This document shows positions 39,605-49,320 of a stretch of DNA of 64,000 bases, piece by piece (position 1 is the stretch's first letter; each line of letters begins with the position of its first letter). The notes below the pieces were generated by a model. The model made no database searches. It saw only the letters and a program-made list of their open reading frames with translations, and was not told the DNA's origin. Both the position numbers and the translations under genes were made by a program. The DNA is from a bacterium. GTDB taxonomy: Bacteria; Zhuqueibacterota; Zhuqueibacteria; Oceanimicrobiales; Oceanimicrobiaceae. The stretch is taken from the NCBI GenBank assembly GCA_046757525.1, contig JBHHYI010000002.1, forward strand, positions 19,314 through 83,313, written 5' to 3'.

Positions 39605-41080
39605 CTAATTAAGACCGTTTGCAGGTTGCTGAGCTTTTTTGTACAATCCAATGCTGAGATTGCTAAACTGTCCTTTCAAAACTCGGACGTCCTTGAGAGT
39701 CTTGGTGTAATATCCCGGGCTGATGATTCTCAAAGTATACCTGCCCGGATTGACGATGCGATAAAATCCTCCGGTTTCAGCATCGGTTTTTCTATTATGT
39801 GTGTGATCGGATGAAAACTCCTCGACTTTTATTTCCGCTAACAACGGGGCTTTGGTGAAGGCATCGATGACATGGCCGCGAATGCCCGTGTCTAACGTTC
39901 TATCGAGCAGGTAAAAGGCACCTTTCATGTTTTCGTTGATGATGCTCGAAATGTCTTGTTCTGCCGGAAAATACTCGGTTGCAACTTCGACAATGTAATC
40001 CAGCACGCTTAAGTAGCCATACATCCAGATCGAACTCTGTCCCACGCGACCATTCAGCGGCAAAATAGAATAGTTGCCACGTCCAGAAAGCCGCCTTATT
40101 CTCGACGCCATCTTGCTTGCGATGTCTACAATGAGGTCCAAATCGGGCGGCTTCTTGTAATTGCCCCAGGGAAACAGGATGGATTCGCCATAGCTATGAT
40201 AGGAGATTCCAATAACGAAATTCTCTCGTATCGCCAAGTCGCGCACCGCCTGAGTTTCTTTTTCCGAAAACGGACCCTTGCCCCGGTAGAACCAACTGCT
40301 GGGCTTACCATCGCCGCCATCCTTCCAATTATAATCATAATTTCTATTTAAGTCAACCCCATCTATCATGGGATCAAAAACGCCGTCACCGTTGTTGTCC
40401 CGGAGATTCTTGCGCCACCACGGAAAGCTCAAATGGTTGTCGAGAATGTACTTATACCCATCGGGATTGACCAAGGGGACAAACCAGATTTCAATAGCAT
40501 TCACCCATCTTGTAATTTTAGGGTCTTTTCCGTATCTCTCACAGAGTCTCTTCATCAATTGCAAACAAATCTTGGCGCCGATTGGTTCACGTGCGTGATG
40601 CACGCCCGTAAACAATATCCTGGGCTCGTCTTCTCTTTTGACAGCATTATCCGATATCTTCACGGCCCATATAGGAAGCCCCAGTGCTGTCGTAGTGCCG
40701 ATTTGGTCTATCTTTACGATGTCGGGGTATTCTTCTTGCAGGCTCTTGATGTCAGACTCGATAGAACTCAAGGGCCGATAGGCTTTCGGAACGTTTGGCT
40801 TGGCCGGTCGAAATGGCGCGCTAACTTTGCGCAGAGCGAACGTTGTTTGTCCGTGGAGTTGGGGCCGCGCAAATAGTGCGTACGTCCCCTGCGCTTTCGT
40901 TTTCTTTCTTAGCTTGGAGTCGGATCGCGAGGAATCTTTTGGGGTCGGTCTGAGAATGGGGAGACTTTCTTGAGAGCGTGTCCCCTTGTTGCCAAAAATC
41001 ACCAGCACGATAAAGCCAAAAAATACGGCAGAAATGCTAAGAACAAAACGCTTCAAAGTTAGCAGCTCGTAGTTTCGCAT
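39605..41080 (-). CDS. M14 zinc carboxypeptidase with C-terminal regulatory-like domain
   Basis: HHARE, NPDG, WRKN, GVDLNRNY, PFSEKET, SYHSY. Confidence 0.92.
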   Translation of the reverse strand: MRNYELLTLKRFVLSISAVFFGFIVLVIFGNKGTRSQESLPILRPTPKDSSRSDSKLRKKTKAQGTYALFARPQLHGQTTFALRKVSAPFRPAKPNVPKAYRPLSSIESDIKSLQEEYPDIVKIDQIGTTTALGLPIWAVKISDNAVKREDEPRILFTGVHHAREPIGAKICLQLMKRLCERYGKDPKITRWVNAIEIWFVPLVNPDGYKYILDNHLSFPWWRKNLRDNNGDGVFDPMIDGVDLNRNYDYNWKDGGDGKPSSWFYRGKGPFSEKETQAVRDLAIRENFVIGISYHSYGESILFPWGNYKKPPDLDLIVDIASKMASRIRRLSGRGNYSILPLNGRVGQSSIWMYGYLSVLDYIVEVATEYFPAEQDISSIINENMKGAFYLLDRTLDTGIRGHVIDAFTKAPLLAEIKVEEFSSDHTHNRKTDAETGGFYRIVNPGRYTLRIISPGYYTKTLKDVRVLKGQFSNLSIGLYKKAQQPANGLN

Positions 41081-41184
41081 GACTGTGAGGTAAGAAAATT
41101 AAACTGTTATAGATTCTAACAACGCAAAAAGTTCAGATTATTTCTTAAATACAATATTCGACGAATCTCACGAACGCAGCAATG

Positions 41185-42705
41185 TCACAAAGCTCGCAAA
41201 AATTGGACAGAATCCTGGGCAAAATTGGCCAAGGGAGCCCAATATATTCCAAGCAAGATAGTGGGGACAACCAGGACGACAAGCAGGGTAACGAAAAAAG
41301 GAGATATTGCAACAGGTGTTAGTTTTTCTTCCAGACTTTTATCTAAGAACATAGCCTTGATGATACGGGCATAGTAATACAGGGAAACAACGCTGTTAAT
41401 GATACCCACAACCGCTAACCAATAATAACTGGTACCCGCCTTGATTACGGCGGCAAAAAGGTAAAACTTCCCGACAAAACCGGCCGTTGGAGGCAAACCA
41501 GTAAGCGAAAAGAGAAAAACCCCCATGGCCACAGCGGGAATCGGGGCTCGCCAGGCCAATCCCTTGTAGTCCTCGATACTCTCACTACCGACCAGTTCCT
41601 GGTTGATGATGACGACTAAGAAAGCGCCAATATTCATTAAATAGTACACGACCAAATAGAACATGGTCGCATGAATCCCCTGTTCGGAAAGAACCACGGT
41701 ACCCATCAAAGCATAGCCGGCGTGGGCAATGCTCGAATAGGCCAACAGTCGTTTCACGTTGTTCTGAACGATGGCAACGAGATTCCCCAGTGTCATGGTA
41801 GCAGCGGAAATCACGGCCAAAAGCTGCGCCCAGTCAAGACCCGACAGCACAGACCAATCGCCAACGTGGCCGCTGGAAGTCCCGGAGGTCAGAGCCACAT
41901 TGAAAAAGCGAATCAGGAGCGCAAAGCCAGCCGCTTTGGGTCCCACAGAAAGAAAAGCTGTGATCGGCGTGGGCGCGCCCTCGTAGACATCCGGCGTCCA
42001 GAAATGAAACGGAACCGAAGCGATCTTATATCCAAATCCACCCAAAATCAAAAGCACCGAAACGAACAACGTCAACTTGTCCGGGCTGGAAGTGGCCAGA
42101 ACCGTTTGGATTTCATAAATGTTGAGCGTTCCGGTCAGTCCGTATAGCAGGGAAATGCCGTATAACATCAACCCTGATGAAAAGGCACCGTAAATCGTGT
42201 ACTTCAGGCCAGCCTCGCTGGACCGCCGCCGCGTCTTCAAATAAGTCGCCAGGATGAACGACGTGATGCTTACCAACTCGATGGATATATAAATCGTGAT
42301 TAAATTGGTGGCTGAGGCCATCAAAAACATGCCCAGTGTGGTGGCAATCAATAAGGTAAAATATTCCCCAACGGGCCGGCCAGAGAGCTCCAAAGAACCG
42401 ATAGACAAAAATATCACGATGAAAGTGGATGCCAGAAAAAGCACCTTAAAGAACAAAGCAAATGGATCCACAACCAACATGTCATTGAAAAGCGAATAGC
42501 TGCCCAGTTTGTATTGAGCCAACACCGTAACGAACGTCGCCACAATTCCGAGCAAGGCTACCATCGAGGTCCACGGAGACTTCTCTTTCTTGAGAATTAT
42601 GTCGGCTATGACCAGAATTACGATGACTCCGGTCAGAAGGATCTCGGGGATAAAATAGCTTAGGCTTGCAATGTTATTTTGTAACGCAGAAGAATAATCC
42701 ATCAT
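41185..42705 (-). CDS. nuoN: NADH-quinone oxidoreductase subunit N
   Basis: EAGLKY, KIASVPFHFWTPDVYEGAPTP, KRLLAYSSIAHAGY, SLTGLPPTAGF.GKF. Confidence 0.95.
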   Translation of the reverse strand: MMDYSSALQNNIASLSYFIPEILLTGVIVILVIADIILKKEKSPWTSMVALLGIVATFVTVLAQYKLGSYSLFNDMLVVDPFALFFKVLFLASTFIVIFLSIGSLELSGRPVGEYFTLLIATTLGMFLMASATNLITIYISIELVSITSFILATYLKTRRRSSEAGLKYTIYGAFSSGLMLYGISLLYGLTGTLNIYEIQTVLATSSPDKLTLFVSVLLILGGFGYKIASVPFHFWTPDVYEGAPTPITAFLSVGPKAAGFALLIRFFNVALTSGTSSGHVGDWSVLSGLDWAQLLAVISAATMTLGNLVAIVQNNVKRLLAYSSIAHAGYALMGTVVLSEQGIHATMFYLVVYYLMNIGAFLVVIINQELVGSESIEDYKGLAWRAPIPAVAMGVFLFSLTGLPPTAGFVGKFYLFAAVIKAGTSYYWLAVVGIINSVVSLYYYARIIKAMFLDKSLEEKLTPVAISPFFVTLLVVLVVPTILLGIYWAPLANFAQDSVQFLRAL

Positions 42706-42714
42706 GATATGCTT

Positions 42715-44286
42715 TTATTGTAGACCGAAAAAGGTCGTGGTTCCCGCGGCAGCAACAACGTGCACTAAATTGTTTAGAGAGACCTTGATCAGGTCCAGCA
42801 ACGGGGCCGGGTAAACCCCCAGGAAAATGACGATAACAGCTAATGGCACCAGGGTGAATAATTCCCTGCCATTTATCTCTGGCAGATCGGCATATTTGGG
42901 GTTTAGTTTGCCAAAAAACATCCTTTGCAGAGACCACAAAAAATAGCCGGCTGTGACCACGATCCCCAGGGTTGAAACGATGGTAATCACTTTTAGATTA
43001 AACAGCTCAGAACCGAAGGCACCGAGAAATGAAAAGGCCTCACTGATGAAACTGGACAAACCCGGCAGCCCCAGGCCGCCGAAGAATGCCAGACTAAATA
43101 TGCCAGCATAAATGGGCACCTTCACCGCCAGACCGCCGAAACCATCGATGTCGCGATGATGGGCGCGATCGTAGATTACGCCCACCAGGAGAAAGAGCAT
43201 GGCGGTCACCGTGCCATGATTGAACATTTGCATCACCGCGCCGTTCATCCCCAGCGGCGTCAGGGCAGACATGCCTAACAAGACGATGCCCATGTGACTG
43301 ATGCTGGAGTAGGCCACCATCTTCTTCAGGTCCTTTTGCCCCAGGGCACAAAAAGCCCCGTAGAGAATGTTGATCAGACCCAGGATGGCCAGGCCATAGG
43401 CACAGTATTGGTATTTCATGGCATCGGGGAGCATGGGGAAGCTAATGCGGAGCATGCCGTAAGTGCCCATCTTCAACAGCACGCCTGCGAGAATCACGCT
43501 AATTGCCGTCGGGGCTTCCACGTGAGCATCCGGAAGCCAGGTATGAAAAGGAAACACGGGTACCTTAATGGCAAAACCAACAAACAAGGCCACATAAAGG
43601 AGCAAACGAATATTGAAGTTGTGCAACACCCCGGTGTGATTGGCCTGGTTCATCATGTGGAGCATGTTAAAAGTATGTCCACCGGTAGCCGGGTCCTGGA
43701 CGTTGAAATACAGCACCAACATGACCAGCAACATGAACACACTGCCCAACAGCGTGTACAAGAAAAACTTTATGGCAGCATACGGACCTCCCCTCACCAT
43801 GCCATCCGGATCCACTCGCGAAGGACTGCCCCAAACCCCGATAAGAAAGTACATGGGCAGCAACATGATCTCCCAGAAAATATAGAACAAGAAGAAATCC
43901 AACGCACAAAACACCCCCATCATACCGGTGTCGAGCAGCAAGAACATAGCAAAGTAGCCCTTGACGCCCCGGTCGATGCCCCAGGAGGCAAAAATGCAGA
44001 TGAAGGAGAGCAGCGCCGTCAACAAAACCATGGGAATGCTGAGTCCGTCGATTCCCATAAAATATTCTATATTAAACGAAGGAATCCATTTGTAGTGCTC
44101 AATAAACTGAAAACTGATACTTGTGGTATCAAAGTGCAGGTAAAGCCAGGCAGCGATAACCACCTGGATGCCCGTGAACACGGCCGCGATTGACCTGATC
44201 AGATTCTTGTTTGATTTTGGAGCCAACAGAATGAGAAAAATCCCCACAATTGGCATGAAGGTGATCAGCGTTAATGCTTTGTCCAT
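42715..44286 (-). CDS. nuoM: NADH-quinone oxidoreductase subunit M
   Basis: GIDGLS, FYIFWE, KFFLYT, KVPVFPFHTWLPDAHVEAPT, LLKMGTYG, AYSSISHMG. Confidence 0.95.
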   Translation of the reverse strand: MDKALTLITFMPIVGIFLILLAPKSNKNLIRSIAAVFTGIQVVIAAWLYLHFDTTSISFQFIEHYKWIPSFNIEYFMGIDGLSIPMVLLTALLSFICIFASWGIDRGVKGYFAMFLLLDTGMMGVFCALDFFLFYIFWEIMLLPMYFLIGVWGSPSRVDPDGMVRGGPYAAIKFFLYTLLGSVFMLLVMLVLYFNVQDPATGGHTFNMLHMMNQANHTGVLHNFNIRLLLYVALFVGFAIKVPVFPFHTWLPDAHVEAPTAISVILAGVLLKMGTYGMLRISFPMLPDAMKYQYCAYGLAILGLINILYGAFCALGQKDLKKMVAYSSISHMGIVLLGMSALTPLGMNGAVMQMFNHGTVTAMLFLLVGVIYDRAHHRDIDGFGGLAVKVPIYAGIFSLAFFGGLGLPGLSSFISEAFSFLGAFGSELFNLKVITIVSTLGIVVTAGYFLWSLQRMFFGKLNPKYADLPEINGRELFTLVPLAVIVIFLGVYPAPLLDLIKVSLNNLVHVVAAAGTTTFFGLQ

Positions 44287-44320
44287 TTAATTGAGTCCCT
44301 CTCGTTATAGAAATTTACGA

Positions 44321-46312
44321 TTAAAAAAGCTGGATGATGAACAGCGCCACCACAGCGGCCAAAGCCATCAAAATGTAACTTTGAACTTTTCCCGTTTGTA
44401 CCTCCCTCAATTGGGTGCCAAAGAAACCGACAACTCTTGCCACGAGATTAACCAAACCATCTACGATTCTCAGATCGAAGCGGCCTTCGGCGAACGAGAA
44501 CAAGGTTACCACTTTGGCAGCACCGTTGACAACGCCATCGATCACTCTCAAATCGAAAACGGCAGAGGCGCGACTGAGCAGCAAGGTCCCTTTGACGGCG
44601 GTAGCACTGTAAAGCTCATCAAAATAATATTTGTTCCAGAGCAACGTGTAAATGCCCTTTAAGCGTGCTCCCCACGCTTCGGCAGAAATTTTGTGCCAAT
44701 AATAAGTCGCCGTGGCCAGCAAGATTCCAAGACCGGCAAACAAAATGGAGGAAATCATAGCGATATTGTGCGCCAAATGGGTGCCCGCGTGGGCAGCTTC
44801 ATGAGGCACCAGGCTTGCGGCGGCGGCCGTGGCATAGGTACTTAGTTCAGGTTTGGCCAGAAGGTGCTCGAACCAGCCCCACGAAATGGTGCCGATGGAA
44901 AATAATGCCAGCACCGAAAGGGGCACGGTCATCACCCACGGAGACTCGTGGGCATGATCATACTTCTCCTGAACGCGTGGCTTGCCCGCAAATGTCAAGT
45001 AAACAAGCCGGAACATGTAGAAGGCGGTAATGCCGGCGGAAACCACCATCACGATGAAGATAATCAAATGCTGCGGATGCTCCAAACCGAACTCCAAAGA
45101 GGCGCCGAGAATGGCGTCCTTGCTCCAGAATCCAGCGAACGGCCAAACACCAGAAATCGAAAGCGTGGCGATCAAGAAGGTTGCAAAGGTGATTGGCATT
45201 TTCTTGCGTAGCCCACCCATTTCAGGCATCTCCTGGGTGTGCAAAGCATGGATTACGCTGCCGGAACCCAAAAACAACAAGGCTTTGAAAAACGCGTGGG
45301 TGGTTAAATGAAAAAGCCCTGCGGTATATCCTCCGGTCCCCAGACCTACCATCATGTAGCCTAATTGGCTGATGGTAGAATAGGCCAAAACCCTCTTGAT
45401 GTCCGTCTGCACAATGGCAATGGTGGCCGCCATGAAGGCGGTAATGGTGCCGATGTAGGCAATGACCAGCAGAGCGTCTTCCGTGTAAAACACGAAGGTG
45501 CGTCCCACCATGTAAACGCCGGCTGCAACCATGGTTGCAGCGTGAATCAGCGCACTGACTGGCGTGGGACCTTCCATAGCGTCGGGCAGCCAGACGTGCA
45601 GTGGGAACTGGGCCGACTTGCCAATGGCACCCATGAAAAGTAAAACGCCAGCCAATGTTAGCCATCCCCCCTGCAATTGGCCGTCAGCAACTGCCCGAAA
45701 TATGTCCTGAAAGTTGAAACTTCCTAAGGTGGAAAAAATAATCAGAATGCCAGCAAACATCCCCACATCGCCGACGCGGTTGGTGAGAAAGGCCTTTTTG
45801 CCGGCGTTGGCGGCCGAGTCCTTCTCGAACCAAAATCCGATGAGCAAATACGAACACAGGCCCACAAGTTCCCAGAAAATGTAAATACCAAAGAAGTTGT
45901 CGACCAAAATCAAGCCAAGCATGGAAAAGGAAAAGAGGGACAGATAAGCAAAATAGCGACTGTAGCGCGGATCGCCATGCATGTAGCCTATGGAATACAG
46001 ATGAATCAAGGCACTGATCAGCGTGACAACCATGAGCATGACTGCCGTCAAATTGTCTATGTGGAATCCAAAGGTAACGGCAACGGGGCCAAAGTTGATC
46101 CATTCCCATCTCTGGGTTATCTTAAATTCCGGGTCGTAATTGGACAAGACTTGCAGAAATATCGGTAGCGCCAAAACAAAAGCAGCAAACATGGCCAAGG
46201 TGGGAAGCCAGGCACCCTGTTTCGGAAGGCGTTTCCCGAAGAATATTTGAATCGTAAATGCGAATAGAGGCAATAATAGAATGAAAATCGCGTTGGTAAT
46301 CGGATCACTCAT
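44321..46312 (-). CDS. nuoL: NADH-quinone oxidoreductase subunit L
   Basis: YSIGYM, WELVGLCSYLLIGFW, NRVGD, GKSAQFPLHVWLPDAMEGPTPVSALIHAATMV, HAFFKALLFL. Confidence 0.96.
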   Translation of the reverse strand: MSDPITNAIFILLLPLFAFTIQIFFGKRLPKQGAWLPTLAMFAAFVLALPIFLQVLSNYDPEFKITQRWEWINFGPVAVTFGFHIDNLTAVMLMVVTLISALIHLYSIGYMHGDPRYSRYFAYLSLFSFSMLGLILVDNFFGIYIFWELVGLCSYLLIGFWFEKDSAANAGKKAFLTNRVGDVGMFAGILIIFSTLGSFNFQDIFRAVADGQLQGGWLTLAGVLLFMGAIGKSAQFPLHVWLPDAMEGPTPVSALIHAATMVAAGVYMVGRTFVFYTEDALLVIAYIGTITAFMAATIAIVQTDIKRVLAYSTISQLGYMMVGLGTGGYTAGLFHLTTHAFFKALLFLGSGSVIHALHTQEMPEMGGLRKKMPITFATFLIATLSISGVWPFAGFWSKDAILGASLEFGLEHPQHLIIFIVMVVSAGITAFYMFRLVYLTFAGKPRVQEKYDHAHESPWVMTVPLSVLALFSIGTISWGWFEHLLAKPELSTYATAAAASLVPHEAAHAGTHLAHNIAMISSILFAGLGILLATATYYWHKISAEAWGARLKGIYTLLWNKYYFDELYSATAVKGTLLLSRASAVFDLRVIDGVVNGAAKVVTLFSFAEGRFDLRIVDGLVNLVARVVGFFGTQLREVQTGKVQSYILMALAAVVALFIIQLF

Positions 46313-46358
46313 CTTCTGTTTCTATCTTTCTGTTTAGGTCTCCTTTGGCGCATCGCGT

Positions 46359-46670
46359 CTATCGTGCAAGTGTATCCGCTTCGTCTAAATCAATGGAATG
46401 GAAACGCTGATAAATGTTTAAAACGATCGCCAGGGCTACTGCGGCCCCGGCCGCGGCGGTTATGATGATAAATATCCCAAAAATTTGGCCGTCCAAATCG
46501 GTGTCTGCAAAACGGGCAAAGGCAACAAAGTTAATGTTGGCAGCATTCAGGATCAGCTCAATGCCCATCAACACGGTGATGGCATTTTTCTTGGTGATGA
46601 CACTCAACAAACCCAGACAGAACAGGATTGCGCTTACAGTCAAATAATGGTCCAAACCGATGTGTGACAT
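46359..46670 (-). CDS. nuoK: NADH-quinone oxidoreductase subunit K
   Basis: KNAI..LMGIELILNAAN.NFVAF, GQIF; Gly75 at the normally Glu position. Confidence 0.93.
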   Translation of the reverse strand: MSHIGLDHYLTVSAILFCLGLLSVITKKNAITVLMGIELILNAANINFVAFARFADTDLDGQIFGIFIIITAAAGAAVALAIVLNIYQRFHSIDLDEADTLAR

Positions 46671-46672
46671 CT

Positions 46673-47170
46673 TCAGACTTTCTCCTTCCTGGCGATAAAG
46701 GCGGCCCCGATCAAAGCGCCCAACAACAGCACAGAAGCGATTTCAAAGGGAATCAGGAACTTGGTCATCAACAGATTGCCGATTCTTGCCGTAGTCGGAG
46801 CAAACGCCGAGACCTGCACACTGTTCCAGGTCGTTTTATAGACTACGCGCAACAATATCACCAACACGCCGCCTACAACTAAGAGAGCCGGCAACAACTG
46901 CAGAGTTCCAGTGCGGAGCTGCGTACTGGCAGCTTTTTGCGAAAGCATCACCCCAAAGATCAACAAAATCAAGATTCCACCAACGTAAATCAAAACCTGA
47001 ACCACAGCCAAAAAGTCTGCTGCCAGTAGCACGTAAATCCCGGCGACGCCGAAGAAAGTAAACAACAAGCCCACCGCAGAGTAAATGACGCTCTTCGAAA
47101 AGGCCATGACCACAGCCGAGAAAATGGTGAGAGCAGCAAATCCATAAAAGACAATGTCGAAAAGACTCAT
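46673..47170 (-). CDS. nuoJ: NADH-quinone oxidoreductase subunit J; start likely ATG 47170
   Basis: ADFLAVVQVLIYVGGILILLIFGVML, PFEIASVLLL. Confidence 0.94.
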   Translation of the reverse strand: MSLFDIVFYGFAALTIFSAVVMAFSKSVIYSAVGLLFTFFGVAGIYVLLAADFLAVVQVLIYVGGILILLIFGVMLSQKAASTQLRTGTLQLLPALLVVGGVLVILLRVVYKTTWNSVQVSAFAPTTARIGNLLMTKFLIPFEIASVLLLGALIGAAFIARKEKV

Positions 47171-47198
47171 ATTCCTTTGCTTGCTTTCATTCAATCAA

Positions 47199-47246
47199 GT
47201 TACTAAAAGCTCTTTGCACGCGTTGCGTGCTTTTACATGCAAGAAA
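47199..47246 (+). repeat. 48-bp dispersed palindromic repeat, copy 1
   Basis: 41/48 identical to 50553-50600; internal arms taaaagc/gctttta. Confidence 0.75.
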
Positions 47247-47252
47247 CGACCG

Positions 47253-47392
47253 AAGCGTTCCTTAACAGCATTGTGCAAGTCATCCCGAGTAGGTCACTGC
47301 TTCTCAAGTGACCGTATCGAGGGGTGACGGCCGTCGCCCTTCGATGTGTCCCGACCCAAAAGCGGTCGGGACTACTCAGGGCGACTACCTTT
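47253..47392 (+). repeat. REP doublet (REPIN-like), copy B, between nuoH and nuoJ
   Basis: Same element as 6437-6600 without the 24-bp insert. Confidence 0.85.
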
Positions 47393-47496
47393 TTGCTCAA
47401 GCAAAAACAACTGTCATTCAATCCCGGTCGTTGCGTAACTCGAAACGACAAGACCGTCGGGACTTTTCGGACAGCTCCACTCCAGAGGAGTGTTTC

Positions 47497-48561
47497 TTAG
47501 AAGACGATGTAGAATCCGACGCCAATCATGGACACGAAAGCAAACGGGGTCAGAACTTTCCAGCACGTGTACATGAGCTGGTCCACACGCAAGCGCGGCA
47601 AGGTCCATCGCAGCCACATCTGAACAAACATTAGTCCAAAAGCCTTTAGGAATATCCAGAAGATTTGAAATACACCGTGATCCAAAAACGGGATCAATGA
47701 ACCGAATGGACTGGACCAACCCCCTAAGAACAGTGTTGCTCCGACAACCCCGACCAGAAACATGTTGGCATATTCCGCCAAAAAGAACATAGCCCACTTC
47801 ATGCCGCTGTATTCGGTGTGAAAGCCTGCGACAATTTCTGACTCAGCTTCCGGAATATCGAATGGCGCCCGGTTTACTTCAGCCAAAGAAGCAACAAAAT
47901 AAATCAAAAATGCGACGAGGTTAAACGGGAAAAATCGCCAAACCAGCCAATTTTGAATTCCCCCGACTTGCGCCTCTACCATCTGCCCCAGGTTCATCGA
48001 CCCCACCGTCATGATTACCACTAAAACAGCAAGAGACGCCGGCACTTCAAAGCTTACGATTTGCGCCGCAGACCGCATCCCACCCAACAGAGACCACTTG
48101 TTGTTGGAAGCCCAGCCAGCCAAAATGATGCCCACCACAACAAATGAGGAAATGGCGATAATGTAAAGCATACCAACATTGAGATCGCTGATGACAAATC
48201 TTCTTCCGAAGGGTAAGACGGCAAACGCGGCTAAGGTGGCGACGAATACGATAAAAGGGGCTAATAGATGCAGACGCTTGTCGGCAGCGGTGGGAACGAT
48301 GTCCTCTTTTAGGAGAAGCTTGACAGCGTCCGCCAGGGTTTGCGCCCAGCCATGCCAACCTCCCACATACATGGGACCAAGACGGTCCTGCATGTGGGCG
48401 GAGATTTTTCTTTCCAAATAGACCCCGACCAGCGCCAGCACGGCTGCCAATGATGTCAAAACAACGGCACCAAGGATCATGAAAATTATTGCAACGACAG
48501 CTTCGGGTAATTCTCCTATGAAGGTTTGACTGTGGGCTAAATGCTCAATAAGTTCATGCAT
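47497..48561 (-). CDS. nuoH: NADH-quinone oxidoreductase subunit H
   Basis: ERKISAHMQDRLGP, ADAVKLLLKED, SNNKWSLLGGMRSAAQ, RAPFDIPEAESEIVAGFHTEYSG, RWTLPRLRVDQLM. Confidence 0.97.
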   Translation of the reverse strand: MHELIEHLAHSQTFIGELPEAVVAIIFMILGAVVLTSLAAVLALVGVYLERKISAHMQDRLGPMYVGGWHGWAQTLADAVKLLLKEDIVPTAADKRLHLLAPFIVFVATLAAFAVLPFGRRFVISDLNVGMLYIIAISSFVVVGIILAGWASNNKWSLLGGMRSAAQIVSFEVPASLAVLVVIMTVGSMNLGQMVEAQVGGIQNWLVWRFFPFNLVAFLIYFVASLAEVNRAPFDIPEAESEIVAGFHTEYSGMKWAMFFLAEYANMFLVGVVGATLFLGGWSSPFGSLIPFLDHGVFQIFWIFLKAFGLMFVQMWLRWTLPRLRVDQLMYTCWKVLTPFAFVSMIGVGFYIVF

Positions 48562-48591
48562 CTATGAAAATGTGGTCCTTTCCCAGCGATG

Positions 48592-49023
48592 TTACCCAGC
48601 GAATTCTTCAACCAGTTGCTTTTTTTCTTCAACAGGTGCCACATCCGGAGCCGGCACGGTTGGAGGTTTGTCCCATTCCAGGTCGCCTTTGGCCCAGACA
48701 TAAGCTAATCCAACCAACAGAATAAACACAAATACCATCATTTCTACAAAAGCAAACAGACCGAGGTCCTTGAACACAACAGCCCACGGAAACAAGAATA
48801 CGATTTCAACATCGAAAATCAAAAAGACAAGCGCTACCACATAAAATCGAATGTTGAACTGAATCCACGAATCTCCAATGGGGGTTTCACCACATTCGTA
48901 GGTGCTCAGTTTTCCAGGATGCGGACTTCGTGCCTGAATGATCCGCGACAATATCAAGTTTACCCCAACAAACAGGGCGCCAAAAATCAAGAAAACTAAG
49001 ATATTGGCGAAATTAAAAAGCAT
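48592..49023 (-). CDS. nuoA: NADH-quinone oxidoreductase subunit A; start likely ATG 49023
   Basis: KLSTYECGE, FYVVALVFLIFDVE..FLFPWA, YVWAKGDLEW. Confidence 0.96.
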   Translation of the reverse strand: MLFNFANILVFLIFGALFVGVNLILSRIIQARSPHPGKLSTYECGETPIGDSWIQFNIRFYVVALVFLIFDVEIVFLFPWAVVFKDLGLFAFVEMMVFVFILLVGLAYVWAKGDLEWDKPPTVPAPDVAPVEEKKQLVEEFAG

Positions 49024-49083
49024 TGATAATCCTTTCCGGCATGAGGGCAAAAAAAATTAGCCATGGCTAATTTACAAGGCTGT

Positions 49084-49112
49084 ATTATAAGAAATTTTTG
49101 ACACTTAGTCAA
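49084..49112 (-). promoter_or_regulatory. Sigma-70 promoter of the nuo operon
   Basis: TTGACT-N17-TATAAT on the minus strand. Confidence 0.8.
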
Positions 49113-49143
49113 GTGAAAATTTGGATGGCACTACAAATTGGAA

Positions 49144-49320
49144 GGAGCTTGGCGTGAGAACCGTAAAACTTCTGCAACATTGCTTCAGCGGCACCGGACC
49201 GCGTCGATAATAAGCATACCAACTACTTGTCCTGAAGAAGCACCTTAACCTTCATTACCTTAGGCCTCGGCAGCTCGCAAAATTGACATCTCGCATGACC
49301 CCGTTGAGCTCCGGGGCCCC
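49144..49320. ncRNA. Unassigned structured RNA candidate (~175 nt, rod-like)
   Basis: Nested complementary segments: ggagct/agctc(c), tgcttcag/ctgaag(aa)gca, ggac/gtcc, minus-strand GUUGGUA/UAUCGAC; no ORF; strand uncertain. Confidence 0.45.

Noticed and set aside
49128..49142. Sigma-54 promoter (tggcactacaaattgg) for a plus-strand RNA
   Set aside because: The -24/-12 spacing is off by one, and sigma-54 spacing is strict
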